Origin: a bacterium
GTDB taxonomy: Bacteria; JADJOY01
Direction of reading: 5' to 3'
DNA length: 64,000 bases
Assembly (NCBI GenBank): GCA_046331705.1
Contig: JAXLQJ010000003.1
Location: forward strand, 214,897 to 278,896
In this document: positions 14,392 to 24,687 of the stretch, in pieces
Layout: each line of letters begins with the position of its first letter
Numbering within the stretch: the first letter of the stretch is position 1
Notes under the pieces: generated by a model
What the model was told of the DNA's origin: nothing
Seen by the model: only the letters and a program-made list of their open reading frames with translations
Database searches by the model: none
Made by a program: the position numbers and the translations under genes

Positions 14392-16020
14392 TCAGTCGCC
14401 GTGGGCGCTCGTCCAATCCGTCGTGTCGCCCCCCTCGAAGTCGTCGACGAAGATCCAGGTGAGCTCGGGAAGCGCCGCCAGGCGCTCGCCGAACCGATCG
14501 CCCGCCTGGGGCGCGCCCTCGACGCCCGAGGAGTTCTGCGTCCATTCCTCGCTGCCCGTGACCGTGAGCCCGCTCGCGCTTCCGTAGACGACGTTCACCG
14601 AGCCCGCGTCCACGTTGCCGCCCGAGGGATTGCCCGGCACGCCGATGGCGAGGTCGACGCGGTTGTCGCAATCGAAGTCGCCGGCGGCGAGCGAGGTGCC
14701 GAACTCGTCGCCCGCTCCGGGCTCGCCCGCCATCCCCGGCGTGCCTTGGGTCAGCACGAGGTTGCCCGTGGAGGTGAGCCCGCTCGCGGAGCCGTAGATC
14801 ACTTGCACCAATCCCGCATCCACCAGCTCCTCGCTGGTCGCGTAGTCCTCGTCCGGAACGCCGATGGCGAGGTCGGCATAGCCGTCGCGGTCGAAATCGC
14901 CCGTGGCCAGGCTGTAGGCGAAGCGATCACCGCTCTCCGCCCACGAGGAGATGCCGGCGCTGTCCTGGTCCCAGCGCTGCGAGTTCGAGGTGATCAGACC
15001 CGTGGCCGTGCCGTAGAGCACGTGAACGCAGCCGGCATCGTCCACGCGATCGCTGTCGTACGGCGCGCCGACCGCGAGGTCGTCGCGGCCGTCGTGATTG
15101 AAGTCGCCAGCCGCCAGCGACCATCCGAAGTAGTCGCCGCCCAGACTGACGCCATCGTTGAGATCGTCCTGGCGAAAGAGTTGATCGCCGGTGGCCGAAA
15201 GCCCGGCAGCGCTGCCGTAGAGAACGTGCACCTGGCCGATGTTGCCGAACGAGCCCCAGCCCTCGCCCGGCGCGCCGATCGCCAAGTCGGCGTAACCGTC
15301 GCCATCGAAGTCTCCGCTGGCCACGGCGAAGCCGAAACGGTCGTCTTCCTCGATGTCGTCCGAGATCCCCGAGCTGCGCTGGGACCACATCTGGCTACCG
15401 GTGCTGCCCAAGCCATCCGCGCTGCCGTAGAGGACGTTGACCACGCCCGCCTTGATCCAGTCCCAACCGATGCCCACTTCGACCGGGTACCAGTCGTGCC
15501 ACACCCCGACCGCGAGGTCGTCGAAGCCATCGCCGTCGAAGTCGCCCGTGGCGTCGGCGAACCCGAAGAACTCTTCGTCGTAGCCGTCGCTCGGGATTCC
15601 GCCCGAGTCCTGCGTCCACATCTGGCTGCCGGTGTAGGCCAGCCCGGTGGCGAACCCGTAGATCACGTTGACCGCGCCCGCGCTCGCCGTCGAGCTCAGC
15701 ACCTCGCCGGGCACTCCGACGATCAGATCGGAATGGAGGTTTCCGTCGAAATCGCCGCTCGCGAGACCGTAACCGAACTGGTCGCCGGCTTCGGAGCCAC
15801 CTCCGATTCCGGTCACGTTCTGGTGCCAGATCTGGTCCCCGAAGCTCGAGAGCCCGGCCTCGGTGCCGTAGAGCACGTTCACCGCGCCGGCGTCGGCGGC
15901 TCCGGCGGCATCGTGGGGCGCACCGATGGCGAGCGCTGCACACTGCGCTTTCGCGACCTCCAAGCTGGCGCCGAGCGTGACCAGGATCACGAGCGAGACG
16001 AGAATCGGCCGCGCGCGCAT
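14392..16020 (-). CDS. Secreted FG-GAP repeat protein
   Basis: Signal peptide MRARPILVSLVILVTLGASLEVAKA. More than 7 repeats of GDFDGDG...DLAVGAP...G.VYV.YG (FG-GAP/integrin-alpha beta-propeller repeats). Start trimmed to ATG at 16020. Confidence 0.85.
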   Translation of the reverse strand: MRARPILVSLVILVTLGASLEVAKAQCAALAIGAPHDAAGAADAGAVNVLYGTEAGLSSFGDQIWHQNVTGIGGGSEAGDQFGYGLASGDFDGNLHSDLIVGVPGEVLSSTASAGAVNVIYGFATGLAYTGSQMWTQDSGGIPSDGYDEEFFGFADATGDFDGDGFDDLAVGVWHDWYPVEVGIGWDWIKAGVVNVLYGSADGLGSTGSQMWSQRSSGISDDIEEDDRFGFAVASGDFDGDGYADLAIGAPGEGWGSFGNIGQVHVLYGSAAGLSATGDQLFRQDDLNDGVSLGGDYFGWSLAAGDFNHDGRDDLAVGAPYDSDRVDDAGCVHVLYGTATGLITSNSQRWDQDSAGISSWAESGDRFAYSLATGDFDRDGYADLAIGVPDEDYATSEELVDAGLVQVIYGSASGLTSTGNLVLTQGTPGMAGEPGAGDEFGTSLAAGDFDCDNRVDLAIGVPGNPSGGNVDAGSVNVVYGSASGLTVTGSEEWTQNSSGVEGAPQAGDRFGERLAALPELTWIFVDDFEGGDTTDWTSAHGD

Positions 16021-16146
16021 TTCCGCACCTCCCGAACCTCGTGGCAGAGGCGGATCGGCACGAGGTCCGCGAGATAGACGCTGGAAGAACCGTGCCACAC
16101 CGCGACGACGGCTGCGGGCCGTGCGCGATCGCCGAGCCCGCGTTCG

Positions 16147-18033
16147 CTACGGCTCGGCGGGGCGCGTTGGATCGGTCGAGCTCGCGTCGCCGCGCCGGGA
16201 GGCGTCCCGAACGGAGCGTGATCTCGGAGGCCCGACGGGAAGGCTCACGTGGAAGGCGGCACCGGCGCCGGGCTGCGAGCGCAGCCAGATCCGACCCTCG
16301 TGGCCGAGCACGATCTCGCGCGCGATCTTGAGCCCGAGCCCCATGCCCTTGCGTCGCGAGGTGCTGCCCCGGAAGAACGCGTTGAACACCCGGGCCTGTT
16401 CCTCCCGCGGAATACCGGGGCCTTCGTCCGTGACGGAGAGCACCACCCGCTTCGAGCGCGCGAGCGCCACCTGGACGCGCGCGGTGCTACCGCGCGGCGC
16501 GTGCGCGAGGGCGTTGTCGAGAAGGTTGCCCAGCACCTGCTCGAGCCGATGCCGGTCTCCCCACACCTCGGGCAGCTCGGCTTCGATCGAGACCTCGAGC
16601 CGAACGCCGGCGTCGTGGAAACGCTGCGCCTGCGACGCGACCACCTCCTCGACGAGCGGCCCCACGGCCAGCGCACGACGATTCATCGAGAGCAAGCCGC
16701 GCTCGAAGCTCGAGACGTCGAGCAGGTCCGCGACCAAGCGATCCATGAAGCGCACCGAATCGTCGAGCCGGTGGATCGCGCGCGCTTGCGACTCGTCGTC
16801 GCCCGAGTCCTTGAGCCGCTCGATGTCGAGGGAGAGCGCGTTGAGCGGCCGCCGCAGCTCGTGCGCGACGATGCCGAGGATGCGGTCGCGGTGCTGGGTC
16901 GCGCCCTGAAGCACCGCGAGCACCCGCGCGTTCTGATGGCTCACCGCGAGGCGATTCGCGATCGAGCGGATGAGGCTCTGATCGTCGCCGCTGAACGGCT
17001 GCCGGGCGCGCCCCACCCCGAGCACACCGAAGGGCTGCCCCCGGTCCCGCAGTGGCACCACCGCCAGATGCTCGGCGAGCGGTCCCGCATCGAGCCCCTC
17101 TCCCGCGCCGGCGCGATCGATGGCGGCACGCACCAAGCGCGAATCCGCGCGCGCCAGCGGCTCGGGGTCGATGCCGAGCTCGCTCGCCAGCGCACCGTCC
17201 GGCGGCGTCTGCGCCAGGATCACGCTCGCGTCCGCGCGCCCGTCGCGGGGGGCCAACGCGGTGACCTGATGGACGCGGTCGCTCTTCCAATCCTCCAGGA
17301 TCACCGTGCACGCGTCCGCCCAGGCCGGCACGATCGTGAGCGCCGCGGAGCGCAGCAGCACGTCGCTCGGCTGGAGCGGGCCGAACACCTCGCCGAGCCG
17401 ATCCAGGAGCGCGACACGGCCCGCCGCTTGCTCGATCTCCGACCAGCGTCGTCGCATCGCGTGGAGCGAGCGGCGGAGCTCGCGGGCGCGGCGGTGCGCA
17501 TCGGTCCCCGGATCGCCGCCGCCCTCGGCGAGGGTGTGCGCGGCCAGCGCCTCGAGCGATTCGTCCGAGAGCACCGCCGGCTGCTGCAGGGTGCGGCCGA
17601 GCTCGAGTGTCGTCCCGGAGCCGGGAGTGCTCGTCACGTGGACGTGGTCCAGGACGGCGAGACCCTCGGCGCCAGCGCGCTCGTCCGTCGCGTCGGCGCG
17701 GATCAGCGACGCGAAGGTCGCCGCGAGGTCGGCATGACCCGGGCCGACGTCGCTCACCTCGATCAACAGCATCGGCTCGCGGACCGCCCAGGTCAGGAAG
17801 AAGTCGATGTGAGCGCCGCCGTGACGCAATGCCTGCGCGGCCGCGGCCGCCACCACCGCCGCAAGCGGCTCCCGCTCCTGCGCCGGCATGCCGAGCACCT
17901 CGGCCAAGCGCAACGCACGGCGGCGGGCGAGCGCCACGTCCTCGTCGCTCGCGATCCTGCCCTCGACCAGCGTCACGCTGTCGCGCGCTCGCAGCGCACG
18001 CGCCCTCTGTCGCCTCGGATGCGCTGCCCGCAT
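16147..18033 (-). CDS. Sensor histidine kinase with N-terminal HATPase-like (anti-sigma-like) region and GAF domain
   Basis: HisKA H-box (ILGIVAHELRRPLNAL). HATPase_c (LDNALAHAP, DEGPGIP, GMGLGLKIAREI). Upstream GAF-like segment. Confidence 0.8.
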   Translation of the reverse strand: MRAAHPRRQRARALRARDSVTLVEGRIASDEDVALARRRALRLAEVLGMPAQEREPLAAVVAAAAAQALRHGGAHIDFFLTWAVREPMLLIEVSDVGPGHADLAATFASLIRADATDERAGAEGLAVLDHVHVTSTPGSGTTLELGRTLQQPAVLSDESLEALAAHTLAEGGGDPGTDAHRRARELRRSLHAMRRRWSEIEQAAGRVALLDRLGEVFGPLQPSDVLLRSAALTIVPAWADACTVILEDWKSDRVHQVTALAPRDGRADASVILAQTPPDGALASELGIDPEPLARADSRLVRAAIDRAGAGEGLDAGPLAEHLAVVPLRDRGQPFGVLGVGRARQPFSGDDQSLIRSIANRLAVSHQNARVLAVLQGATQHRDRILGIVAHELRRPLNALSLDIERLKDSGDDESQARAIHRLDDSVRFMDRLVADLLDVSSFERGLLSMNRRALAVGPLVEEVVASQAQRFHDAGVRLEVSIEAELPEVWGDRHRLEQVLGNLLDNALAHAPRGSTARVQVALARSKRVVLSVTDEGPGIPREEQARVFNAFFRGSTSRRKGMGLGLKIAREIVLGHEGRIWLRSQPGAGAAFHVSLPVGPPRSRSVRDASRRGDASSTDPTRPAEP

Positions 18034-18131
18034 GGATCGCGAGACGGAATCACGCGGCTCGCGAGCATGTCAAGGCGGCGTCGCGATCCCGGCGAAGGGG
18101 TCGCGGCGCCACCTCGGATTCGACTCGCGAC

Positions 18132-18596
18132 TCAGAACGGCGGGACGTCCTCGATCCCCGAGAGCTTACCCTGGTCGTGGAACGTCAGCGCCACGCCGTT
18201 CACGGCGACGTGAATGTCGAGCAAGAGACGGTGCGCGTTCTGCTGGAAGGCGCCGCTCGAGTCGCTCTCCACCGGGATCAAGGTCTCGTGCAGGAAATCG
18301 CCGTCGCGATTCGAGTCGAGCGTCGCCCCCAGCACCTGGAACGAGTCGGAACCGATCGGCCGACCGATGACGCCGACGTCGAAGAGGCCCGTGTACGAGG
18401 CCACCACGCCTTCCAATCGGTCCTCGTCCGGGAAGTAGCGAATGGTCATCTGGCCTTCGTCGAACTGGTACACGTAGATCGCGTCGTCGAGGTCGTCGTG
18501 AATCGTGAAGTTGGCTCCCGGATCGTCGCCGCTGCAGGCGGGGACGACCAGGGCGAGCGAAGCGAGAATCGAGCGCAGCAAGAAACGTGACTTCAT
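18132..18596 (-). CDS. Hypothetical lipoprotein/secreted protein
   Basis: MKSRFLLRSILASLALVVPACSGDD signal peptide with Cys (lipobox-like). No known domain. Confidence 0.6.
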   Translation of the reverse strand: MKSRFLLRSILASLALVVPACSGDDPGANFTIHDDLDDAIYVYQFDEGQMTIRYFPDEDRLEGVVASYTGLFDVGVIGRPIGSDSFQVLGATLDSNRDGDFLHETLIPVESDSSGAFQQNAHRLLLDIHVAVNGVALTFHDQGKLSGIEDVPPF

Positions 18597-18944
18597 GTTC
18601 GATGACCTCCGCGCCTCGTGTGCGAATCGCACGGGCGAGGCGCGCTCGGGTTGGATGCGCGAGCCGCCGCGCGGCTCGCGTCACCGGGGTGAGATGAGGC
18701 GCACGACCCGCGACGGCGCCGATGACGCTGCATCCGCGCTCGGGCCGTGACGCGGCCTGCGCCCCGTGCCATCGAGGGTGCACGCGGCATGCCTCGTCGC
18801 CAGATCGAGCGCTGCCCGCGACACCACCGAAATCGTTGCGAGATCCGCGCGGCAGGCCGCGGGGCGGCCCAACGACCCGAGGACGATTCTACAAAGCGCC
18901 ACGCCCGATGCGTGGCGCCTCGCGCCGCGCGACGGGCCGACGAA

Positions 18945-20279
18945 TCAGCCGCGTGAATAGGTGGCAAGCCGGTTGTAGAGGGTCTTGAGGCTGATGCCGA
19001 GGAGCGTCGCGGCGTGCTTCTTGTCGCCGCCGGTGTGCTCGAGCGTCGCGAGGATCAGCCGCCGCTCCACCTCGGCGATCGACGCTCCCACCTCGACGAC
19101 GCTCGCCTCGCCGCGCGCCGGTCCGCCATCGTCGAGCTGGATGCACGCCACACCGATCTCGTCGCGCGCGAGGATGTGCGCACGCTCCATCACGTGCTTC
19201 AGCTGGCGCACGTTGCCGGGCCAGCCATACGCCTCGAGTCGATCGCACGCACCGGCGGCGAGCCGCTTGCGAGTACCGCATTTCGCGTCGAGCGCATCGA
19301 CGAAGAACTGGGCGAGCAGCGCGACGTCACCGGTGCGCTGGCGCAACGGCGGCAGCTCGATCGGGAAGATCAGCAAGCGGTACAGCAAGTCCTCGCGCAG
19401 CTTGCCTTGCGCGACGGCCTTGCGCGGATCGACGTTGGTGGCCGCGACGACGCGCAAGTCGACCACGGTCTCGCCGTCGCCGCCCACGCGCCGTACCGCA
19501 CCCGCTTCGAGCACGCGCAGCAGGCGGACCTGGAGCTCGAGCGGCATCTCCGCGACCTCGTCGAGAAAGAGCGTTCCACCGTGGGCGCGCTCGAAGACTC
19601 CCTTGTGAGTGCGCTCGGCCCCGGTGAAGCTGCCGCGCTCGTGTCCGAAGAGCTCCGATTCGATGAGCGTCGGTGCCAGGGCGCCGCAGTTGATCGGAAC
19701 GAACGGCGCGTGCGCGCGGCGGCTCAGCGCGTGGATGGTTTGCGCGACGAGCTCCTTGCCGGTGCCGGTCTCGCCGGTGACGAGGACCGTCGCGTCGGTG
19801 GGCGCGACGCGCTCGATCAGATCGTAGACGTGCTGCATCGGCGCCGAGGTGCCGATGAGCTTGCCGAACCGACCCAGCTCGCGCAGCTCGTGACGAAGGC
19901 TTCCGATCTCCGCGCTCAAGACGGCGGTGCGACGCGCGCGCTCGAGGATCGAGCGCAACCGCTTCAGATCGAGGGGCTTGGTGAGGTAGTCGACGGCTCC
20001 GCCGCGAAACGCCTCGACGGCGGAATCGACGCTCGAAAACCCGGTGATGAACACGACGTCGACGGCGCGCTGCTGCTCGAGATCGGGCAGCAGCTCGAGC
20101 CCGCTGCCCGAGGGCAGGTCGAGATCGAGCAGCGCCACGTCGATGCGCTCGTTCCGGATGATCTCGCGACCGCTCGCGAGGTCCTCCGCCGCGCAGGTCC
20201 GGAACCCCTGTGCCTCGACCCACTCGGCGAGGGATTCGCGGGCGAGGGCATCGTCGTCCACGATCAACGCGGTAGCCAT
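18945..20279 (-). CDS. Sigma-54-dependent response regulator (NtrC family)
   Basis: Receiver domain (start MATALIVDDD; ATG 20279). AAA+ sigma-54 interaction domain (GETGTGKE, GAFTGA-like ESELFGHERGSFTGA). C-terminal Fis-type HTH. The listed ORF extends upstream to 20561 with a non-homologous leader. Confidence 0.85.
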   Translation of the reverse strand: MATALIVDDDALARESLAEWVEAQGFRTCAAEDLASGREIIRNERIDVALLDLDLPSGSGLELLPDLEQQRAVDVVFITGFSSVDSAVEAFRGGAVDYLTKPLDLKRLRSILERARRTAVLSAEIGSLRHELRELGRFGKLIGTSAPMQHVYDLIERVAPTDATVLVTGETGTGKELVAQTIHALSRRAHAPFVPINCGALAPTLIESELFGHERGSFTGAERTHKGVFERAHGGTLFLDEVAEMPLELQVRLLRVLEAGAVRRVGGDGETVVDLRVVAATNVDPRKAVAQGKLREDLLYRLLIFPIELPPLRQRTGDVALLAQFFVDALDAKCGTRKRLAAGACDRLEAYGWPGNVRQLKHVMERAHILARDEIGVACIQLDDGGPARGEASVVEVGASIAEVERRLILATLEHTGGDKKHAATLLGISLKTLYNRLATYSRG

Positions 20280-20557
20280 CCTCGTCTCCGCCCACCCGCC
20301 CGCCACCAGCGAGCATTCCGCCGGAAACTGTGGCGCAGCGTCGAGCTCGCTCGCCAGTCGGCGGTCGTGCGCGGTGGCGCCACCACGAGTTGCGACGGCA
20401 ACGGCGGTCGTGTGGGCGGCGTCGGCGGCGCCCACCGGACCCGGTGCCAACCCCGGGCGGCACCATTGCCGCCCGAGGTTGGCGAGGGGGTTGAGGTCGA
20501 CGGGATCGACGATTCGCGTGGCAGCGACGGCGCGGCGCGACGACGCGGCGCTGCGGG

Positions 20558-20734
20558 TCACGAGCGCTCCTTCCGGCTGCGCTTGCGGGCGTTCCGGATC
20601 ACCTTCGCGACCGTGGCCTTCACGGCCTCGGCGAGCGGATCGACGGCTGTCTCTGGCGGCGACGGTGGGGCGTCGGCCTGCCGCACGGCATGCTCCGCCG
20701 GGATCTTCTTCGTCTCGTCACGCTCGTCACTCAT
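20558..20734 (-). CDS. Hypothetical small basic protein (58 aa)
   Basis: ATG preceded by GGAGG at -7. High GC3. K/R-rich C-terminus (KVIRNARKRSRKERS). No family recognised. Confidence 0.45.
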   Translation of the reverse strand: MSDERDETKKIPAEHAVRQADAPPSPPETAVDPLAEAVKATVAKVIRNARKRSRKERS

Positions 20735-20966
20735 GGGCCAGCCTCCGCGCTCGCGGGTGCGCGAGATCCGATGACGCGACCACGCGTTTGACGACGGCTT
20801 CGTTCGCAACCGTCGTGCCCGTGGTCGCACGGATCGAAACCTCGAAATCGTTGAGATTCCTGAGCCGCGAACGCCGAACCGGCGTCTCTTCGAGCGCCGT
20901 TTCTACAAACGCGAATGCAACGGGGATCGAGTCGGTCCCGGCGCGGGGACGCTGGCTTCGACCGCG

Positions 20967-22052
20967 TCAGGAGCGCACGTCGGAACGCGCGGGCTCGTCG
21001 ATGGGTAAGCCCAGGCTCCGCGCTTCCTCGATCAAGCGCGCGCGCACCCTGGCACGCAGCTCGTCGTCGACCAGTGCGTGGCGAAGCCCACGCAGGTTCA
21101 GCATCCAGAGCTGCTCGACGGCGAGGCCGAGATGCTGCGCGGCGAGCTGGTGCTCGCGCGTGAGATCGGTGCCGAAGAACGGTGGATCATCGCTACCGAG
21201 GGTGACGGGAACGCCGGCGGCCAGCAGTGCGCGCAGCGGATGCTCTTCGAGATCGCGAAAGCGCGTCAACACGAGATTGGAGCTGAGCGCGACGTCGCAG
21301 CACACGTCGCGCTCGACGAGCAGCCGCAGCGTGTCGGGATCGTCGGCGGCGGCGATGCCGTGCTGAACGCGGCGCGCGCCGAGCGCGAGGACCGCCTCGC
21401 GAACGTGCTCGGCGCCTCCGGTCTCGCCCGCGTGCGCGACGCATCCGAATCCCAGCGCACGCGCACGCTCGAAGTGGCGCTTCGCCAGCACGCGCGGATA
21501 GCCGACCTCCATGCCCGCGAGCCCAATCGCCACCACCGCGCTCGGCACCCCCGACTCGAGCAGCGCCAGCGTCCAATCGCCGCCACCGTCCGGGATCGTC
21601 TCCGCCGGGATGTCCACGATCAGCCGGACGATCGGGCCGCCCTCGCGTTCCTCGCGCGCGAGCTCATCCGCCACGAGCTCCAGCGCGCGGCGCCCACCGA
21701 AGCCGAGTCGCTCGTGGTGATACGGCGTGAAATGCGCCTCCGCGTAGTGGATCCGCTGGCGGCGGCAATCCGCGGCGAAGCGGCGGGCGATCTCGCGATA
21801 GTCACGCTCGGTGCGGAACGCCGCGCACAGGATCATCCAAATCTCGACGAAGCGCGGGAAGTCCGCGATGTCCCGGTAGATCGCCCGCAGCCCCGCTCGA
21901 TCGCGCACCGGCAGCGCCACGCCGTTGCGCGTCGCCATCTCCCATAGCAGCTCCGGCCCCACGGTTCCCTCGAGGTGAACGTGGAGCTCCACCTTCGGCA
22001 TGCGGGCCAGGATCTCGAGGTTCGACGCGCTCGCCGGGTCGTTCGCGGCCAT
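20967..22052 (-). CDS. add: Adenosine deaminase
   Basis: ELHVHLEGT metal-binding motif. ...HAGE... and SSNLVLT... DDP motifs of the adenosine/AMP deaminase family. Start trimmed to MAANDPAS (ATG 22052). Confidence 0.85.
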   Translation of the reverse strand: MAANDPASASNLEILARMPKVELHVHLEGTVGPELLWEMATRNGVALPVRDRAGLRAIYRDIADFPRFVEIWMILCAAFRTERDYREIARRFAADCRRQRIHYAEAHFTPYHHERLGFGGRRALELVADELAREEREGGPIVRLIVDIPAETIPDGGGDWTLALLESGVPSAVVAIGLAGMEVGYPRVLAKRHFERARALGFGCVAHAGETGGAEHVREAVLALGARRVQHGIAAADDPDTLRLLVERDVCCDVALSSNLVLTRFRDLEEHPLRALLAAGVPVTLGSDDPPFFGTDLTREHQLAAQHLGLAVEQLWMLNLRGLRHALVDDELRARVRARLIEEARSLGLPIDEPARSDVRS

Positions 22053-22496
22053 CGAGACGATCCTATCGCCTCCGCCCGCTCGCACCCGAGGATCGCGGCG
22101 CGTCCGAGACGATTCGCTGGCTCGAGCTCGACTGGCGTACTCGTCGGCGGCGGCGAGGGCGGTCAAGGACACCGGCGCACCGTGACAAGCGCGGCAGCGG
22201 ACGTCGCGTGCGGCACCGAGGCCACCAGGACCGATCCGCTGCACCGTTCCGCTCCGCACCCTCGTCACTCGCTGGCCGAGCCCCGCGGCGGGCGCGGCGT
22301 GCTCAGGCTGGACGGAGGCTTGCTCGGGTACCGGTCCGTGCCCCGTGGCGATGGATGCCACCGAGATCGGGACCGTCGCCTTCGACACGAGCTTCGGCTC
22401 GCGCGAAGAGGGCAGTGACTCGGTGAGCGCTCTCGTCGCGCGGAGGTCGCTACCGGGGTTGGTGCGCCGTCGGTCGCGGGCGGTCCGCTGCAGCAG

Positions 22497-23375
22497 TCAC
22501 GCCGGTGACGAGGCGCGCTCGGATCGATCGGCGGCGGCCACCAAGCGGCAGTCCTCGCGCCAGCGCGCGAGCCCGTCGAGCTCCTCTGCGCGAAAGCGCG
22601 GCTGCCGGAGCTCGAGATCCGCGAAGTCGACCTGATGCCCGTCGAACTCCGGTCCTTCGACACAGGCGAAGCGCATCCGACCGCCGACCAGCACGCGGCA
22701 CGATCCGCACATACCCGTGCCGTCCACCATGATCGGGTTGAGGCTCACGACGGTCGGGATGCCACGCGGTCGCGTCAGCTCGGCGCACGCACGCATCATC
22801 GCGAGCGGGCCGACGGCGACCGCGCGATCGATCGCCGGGCCGGCGTCGAGCCGGCGAGCGAGCGCCTCGGTCACCCGACCACGCTCGCCCAGGCTGCCGT
22901 CCTCGGTGACGACGATCAGCTCGTCGCTCGCGGCACGCAACCGATCCTGCCAGAACACCCGCGCGCGATCCCGGAAGCCCACCACGGTGGTGACGCGCGC
23001 GCCCGCCGCCCGGAACGCGCGAATCTGCGGGTAGATCGGCGCCACGCCGAGGCCACCGCCCACCAGCACCACCGCGCGCACGGCGGGCACCTCGCTCGGC
23101 ACGCCGAGCGGACCCGCCAAGGACGCGAGCACGGTCCCCTCGGGCGCGGCCATCATCTCCGCGGTGCTCTTGCCCGCGGCCAGAATCACGAGCGTCACGA
23201 GGCCACCGTCGGCGTCGATGTCGGCCAGGGTGAGTGGGATGCGCTCCGAGCCCTCGTGGAGCCTCACCATCACGAACTGACCGGCGCGCGCGGCCCGCGC
23301 GAGATCGCGCGCCTCGACGTCCCATTGGAACGTGTCGGGCGTGAGCGTCACGCGCCGCAACACTCGCGCAGTCAT
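22497..23375 (-). CDS. FAD/NAD(P)-binding ferredoxin-reductase-like protein with C-terminal [2Fe-2S] (SudB / NfnA / PyrK family)
   Basis: FNR-like fold motifs (RIPLTLADID; VLVGGGLGVAPI) and C-terminal CGSCRV...C cluster motif. Confidence 0.75.
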   Translation of the reverse strand: MTARVLRRVTLTPDTFQWDVEARDLARAARAGQFVMVRLHEGSERIPLTLADIDADGGLVTLVILAAGKSTAEMMAAPEGTVLASLAGPLGVPSEVPAVRAVVLVGGGLGVAPIYPQIRAFRAAGARVTTVVGFRDRARVFWQDRLRAASDELIVVTEDGSLGERGRVTEALARRLDAGPAIDRAVAVGPLAMMRACAELTRPRGIPTVVSLNPIMVDGTGMCGSCRVLVGGRMRFACVEGPEFDGHQVDFADLELRQPRFRAEELDGLARWREDCRLVAAADRSERASSPA

Positions 23376-23496
23376 GCTCGATCTCCACGGCCACCGTCGT
23401 GGCGTGGCAGCGGCGGCCAGGATAGCCGCTCGCGAGCGAACGCATCCTCGGGCAGGAGCGACGCCCGCCCGAGGATGCGAGGGACGACGTGCCGGC

Positions 23497-24582
23497 TCAG
23501 TACCCCATGAGCCCGCGCTTCGGCCGGGCCATCGCCTGCATCTGGGTACCGTCGAAGGTCGGCACGACGACCTTGTTGGGGCCGCCTTGCGTGCCGTGAA
23601 CGAGGACCGGGAAGCGGTCCTCCTGCATGGTCATCACCGGACTCGCGTATCCGAACGTGATCGCGCCGCGCCGGTTCTGGGTGGTGTTGCCCGGCGCGAC
23701 GTGGATGAGGTCCTCGCGGAAGATGTAGAACTCGCCCGGCTTGCAGACCATCGGGACCTTCTCGAGCGGGATCCGCTTCACGTTCTCCACCGTGCACTTG
23801 TTCACGTTCGGTCCCACGTAGGGCGTCATCATCTCCTGCTCGGCTCGCGTCAGGCCGGAGAGCGGCGGCGCCCGGAACGTGTTGGGCTTGGTGGCGCTGA
23901 AGAGGCTCACGAAGGCACGACCGAGGCGCTGCGCCCATCCGAACGCGCGCAGCAAGCCGCACAGCATGCCCCACTGGCTGCGCGAGATCTTCCAGCGGCC
24001 GAGCTGAAGGTGTTCCAGGTTGTACTCTTCGAGGAACGTGCGCGTCGGATACATCGCGAGATCGACGGGCGCAGTGCGCGGCTCGCGCTCGTGATCCCAG
24101 CGCACGTACCACGTGCGCGGGAACGCCCACAGGCAGCCGCTCTCGGGAGTGGCATCGTCGAGCGCCACCCAGATCGCCAACACTGGCACCGGCTTCACCG
24201 GGCCCGGCACGGTCGGCCAGGTCTGGTCGATGCGCCCGTCGCGATGCACACCGGTCGCGGGCGCGCCCGGCGGCTTCGAGAACGTCCACGCCCGCCACAG
24301 CAACACGTCGTTGCCGAGGATGTCGGCGATGCGCTCGACCACGTTGGGGTTCGAGGCGATCTTGAACACCGGCTCGCTGACCATGTGGGCATCCATGGTC
24401 AGGTTCGCCCACGGCGGCCCCTTCGGATCGTCGAGCAACGGCTGAAGCTGCTCACGCAGCTTGGCCATCTCCTCCGGTGTGCAGAGTTGGTAGGGACCGA
24501 TCCAGCCCTCGCGATGAAACTGCTCGATCTCGGCCTGGCTCAGCATGAGCGGGCCCTGGGTGGTTCGGTCGTGGCTGCACAT
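23497..24582 (-). CDS. Phytanoyl-CoA dioxygenase (PhyH) family protein
   Basis: Fe/2OG-dioxygenase PhyH-like profile (HRDG... WVALDDATPESGCL...). Start uncertain: ATG at 24582 (MCSHD...) or 24546 (MLSQAEIEQF). Confidence 0.7.
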   Translation of the reverse strand: MCSHDRTTQGPLMLSQAEIEQFHREGWIGPYQLCTPEEMAKLREQLQPLLDDPKGPPWANLTMDAHMVSEPVFKIASNPNVVERIADILGNDVLLWRAWTFSKPPGAPATGVHRDGRIDQTWPTVPGPVKPVPVLAIWVALDDATPESGCLWAFPRTWYVRWDHEREPRTAPVDLAMYPTRTFLEEYNLEHLQLGRWKISRSQWGMLCGLLRAFGWAQRLGRAFVSLFSATKPNTFRAPPLSGLTRAEQEMMTPYVGPNVNKCTVENVKRIPLEKVPMVCKPGEFYIFREDLIHVAPGNTTQNRRGAITFGYASPVMTMQEDRFPVLVHGTQGGPNKVVVPTFDGTQMQAMARPKRGLMGY

Positions 24583-24687
24583 GGATCTCGTCCTCCGGCG
24601 GATGGGTGAAAAAAGCGAATCGAGTGAGTGCCGCAAACCCGATGCCCAAACGCGGATACCGGCGCGGCGCGCCTGCCGGCAGCGCGC

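Noticed and set aside
10039-20774. Numerous 400-800-aa ORFs in this span (e.g. 10039..12333 -, 12303..13967 -, 14008..16077 +, 16249..18213 +, 19014..20774 +)
   Set aside because: Each is antisense to a gene with clear homology and has the characteristic R/G/A/P-rich composition of non-coding frames in high-GC DNA.
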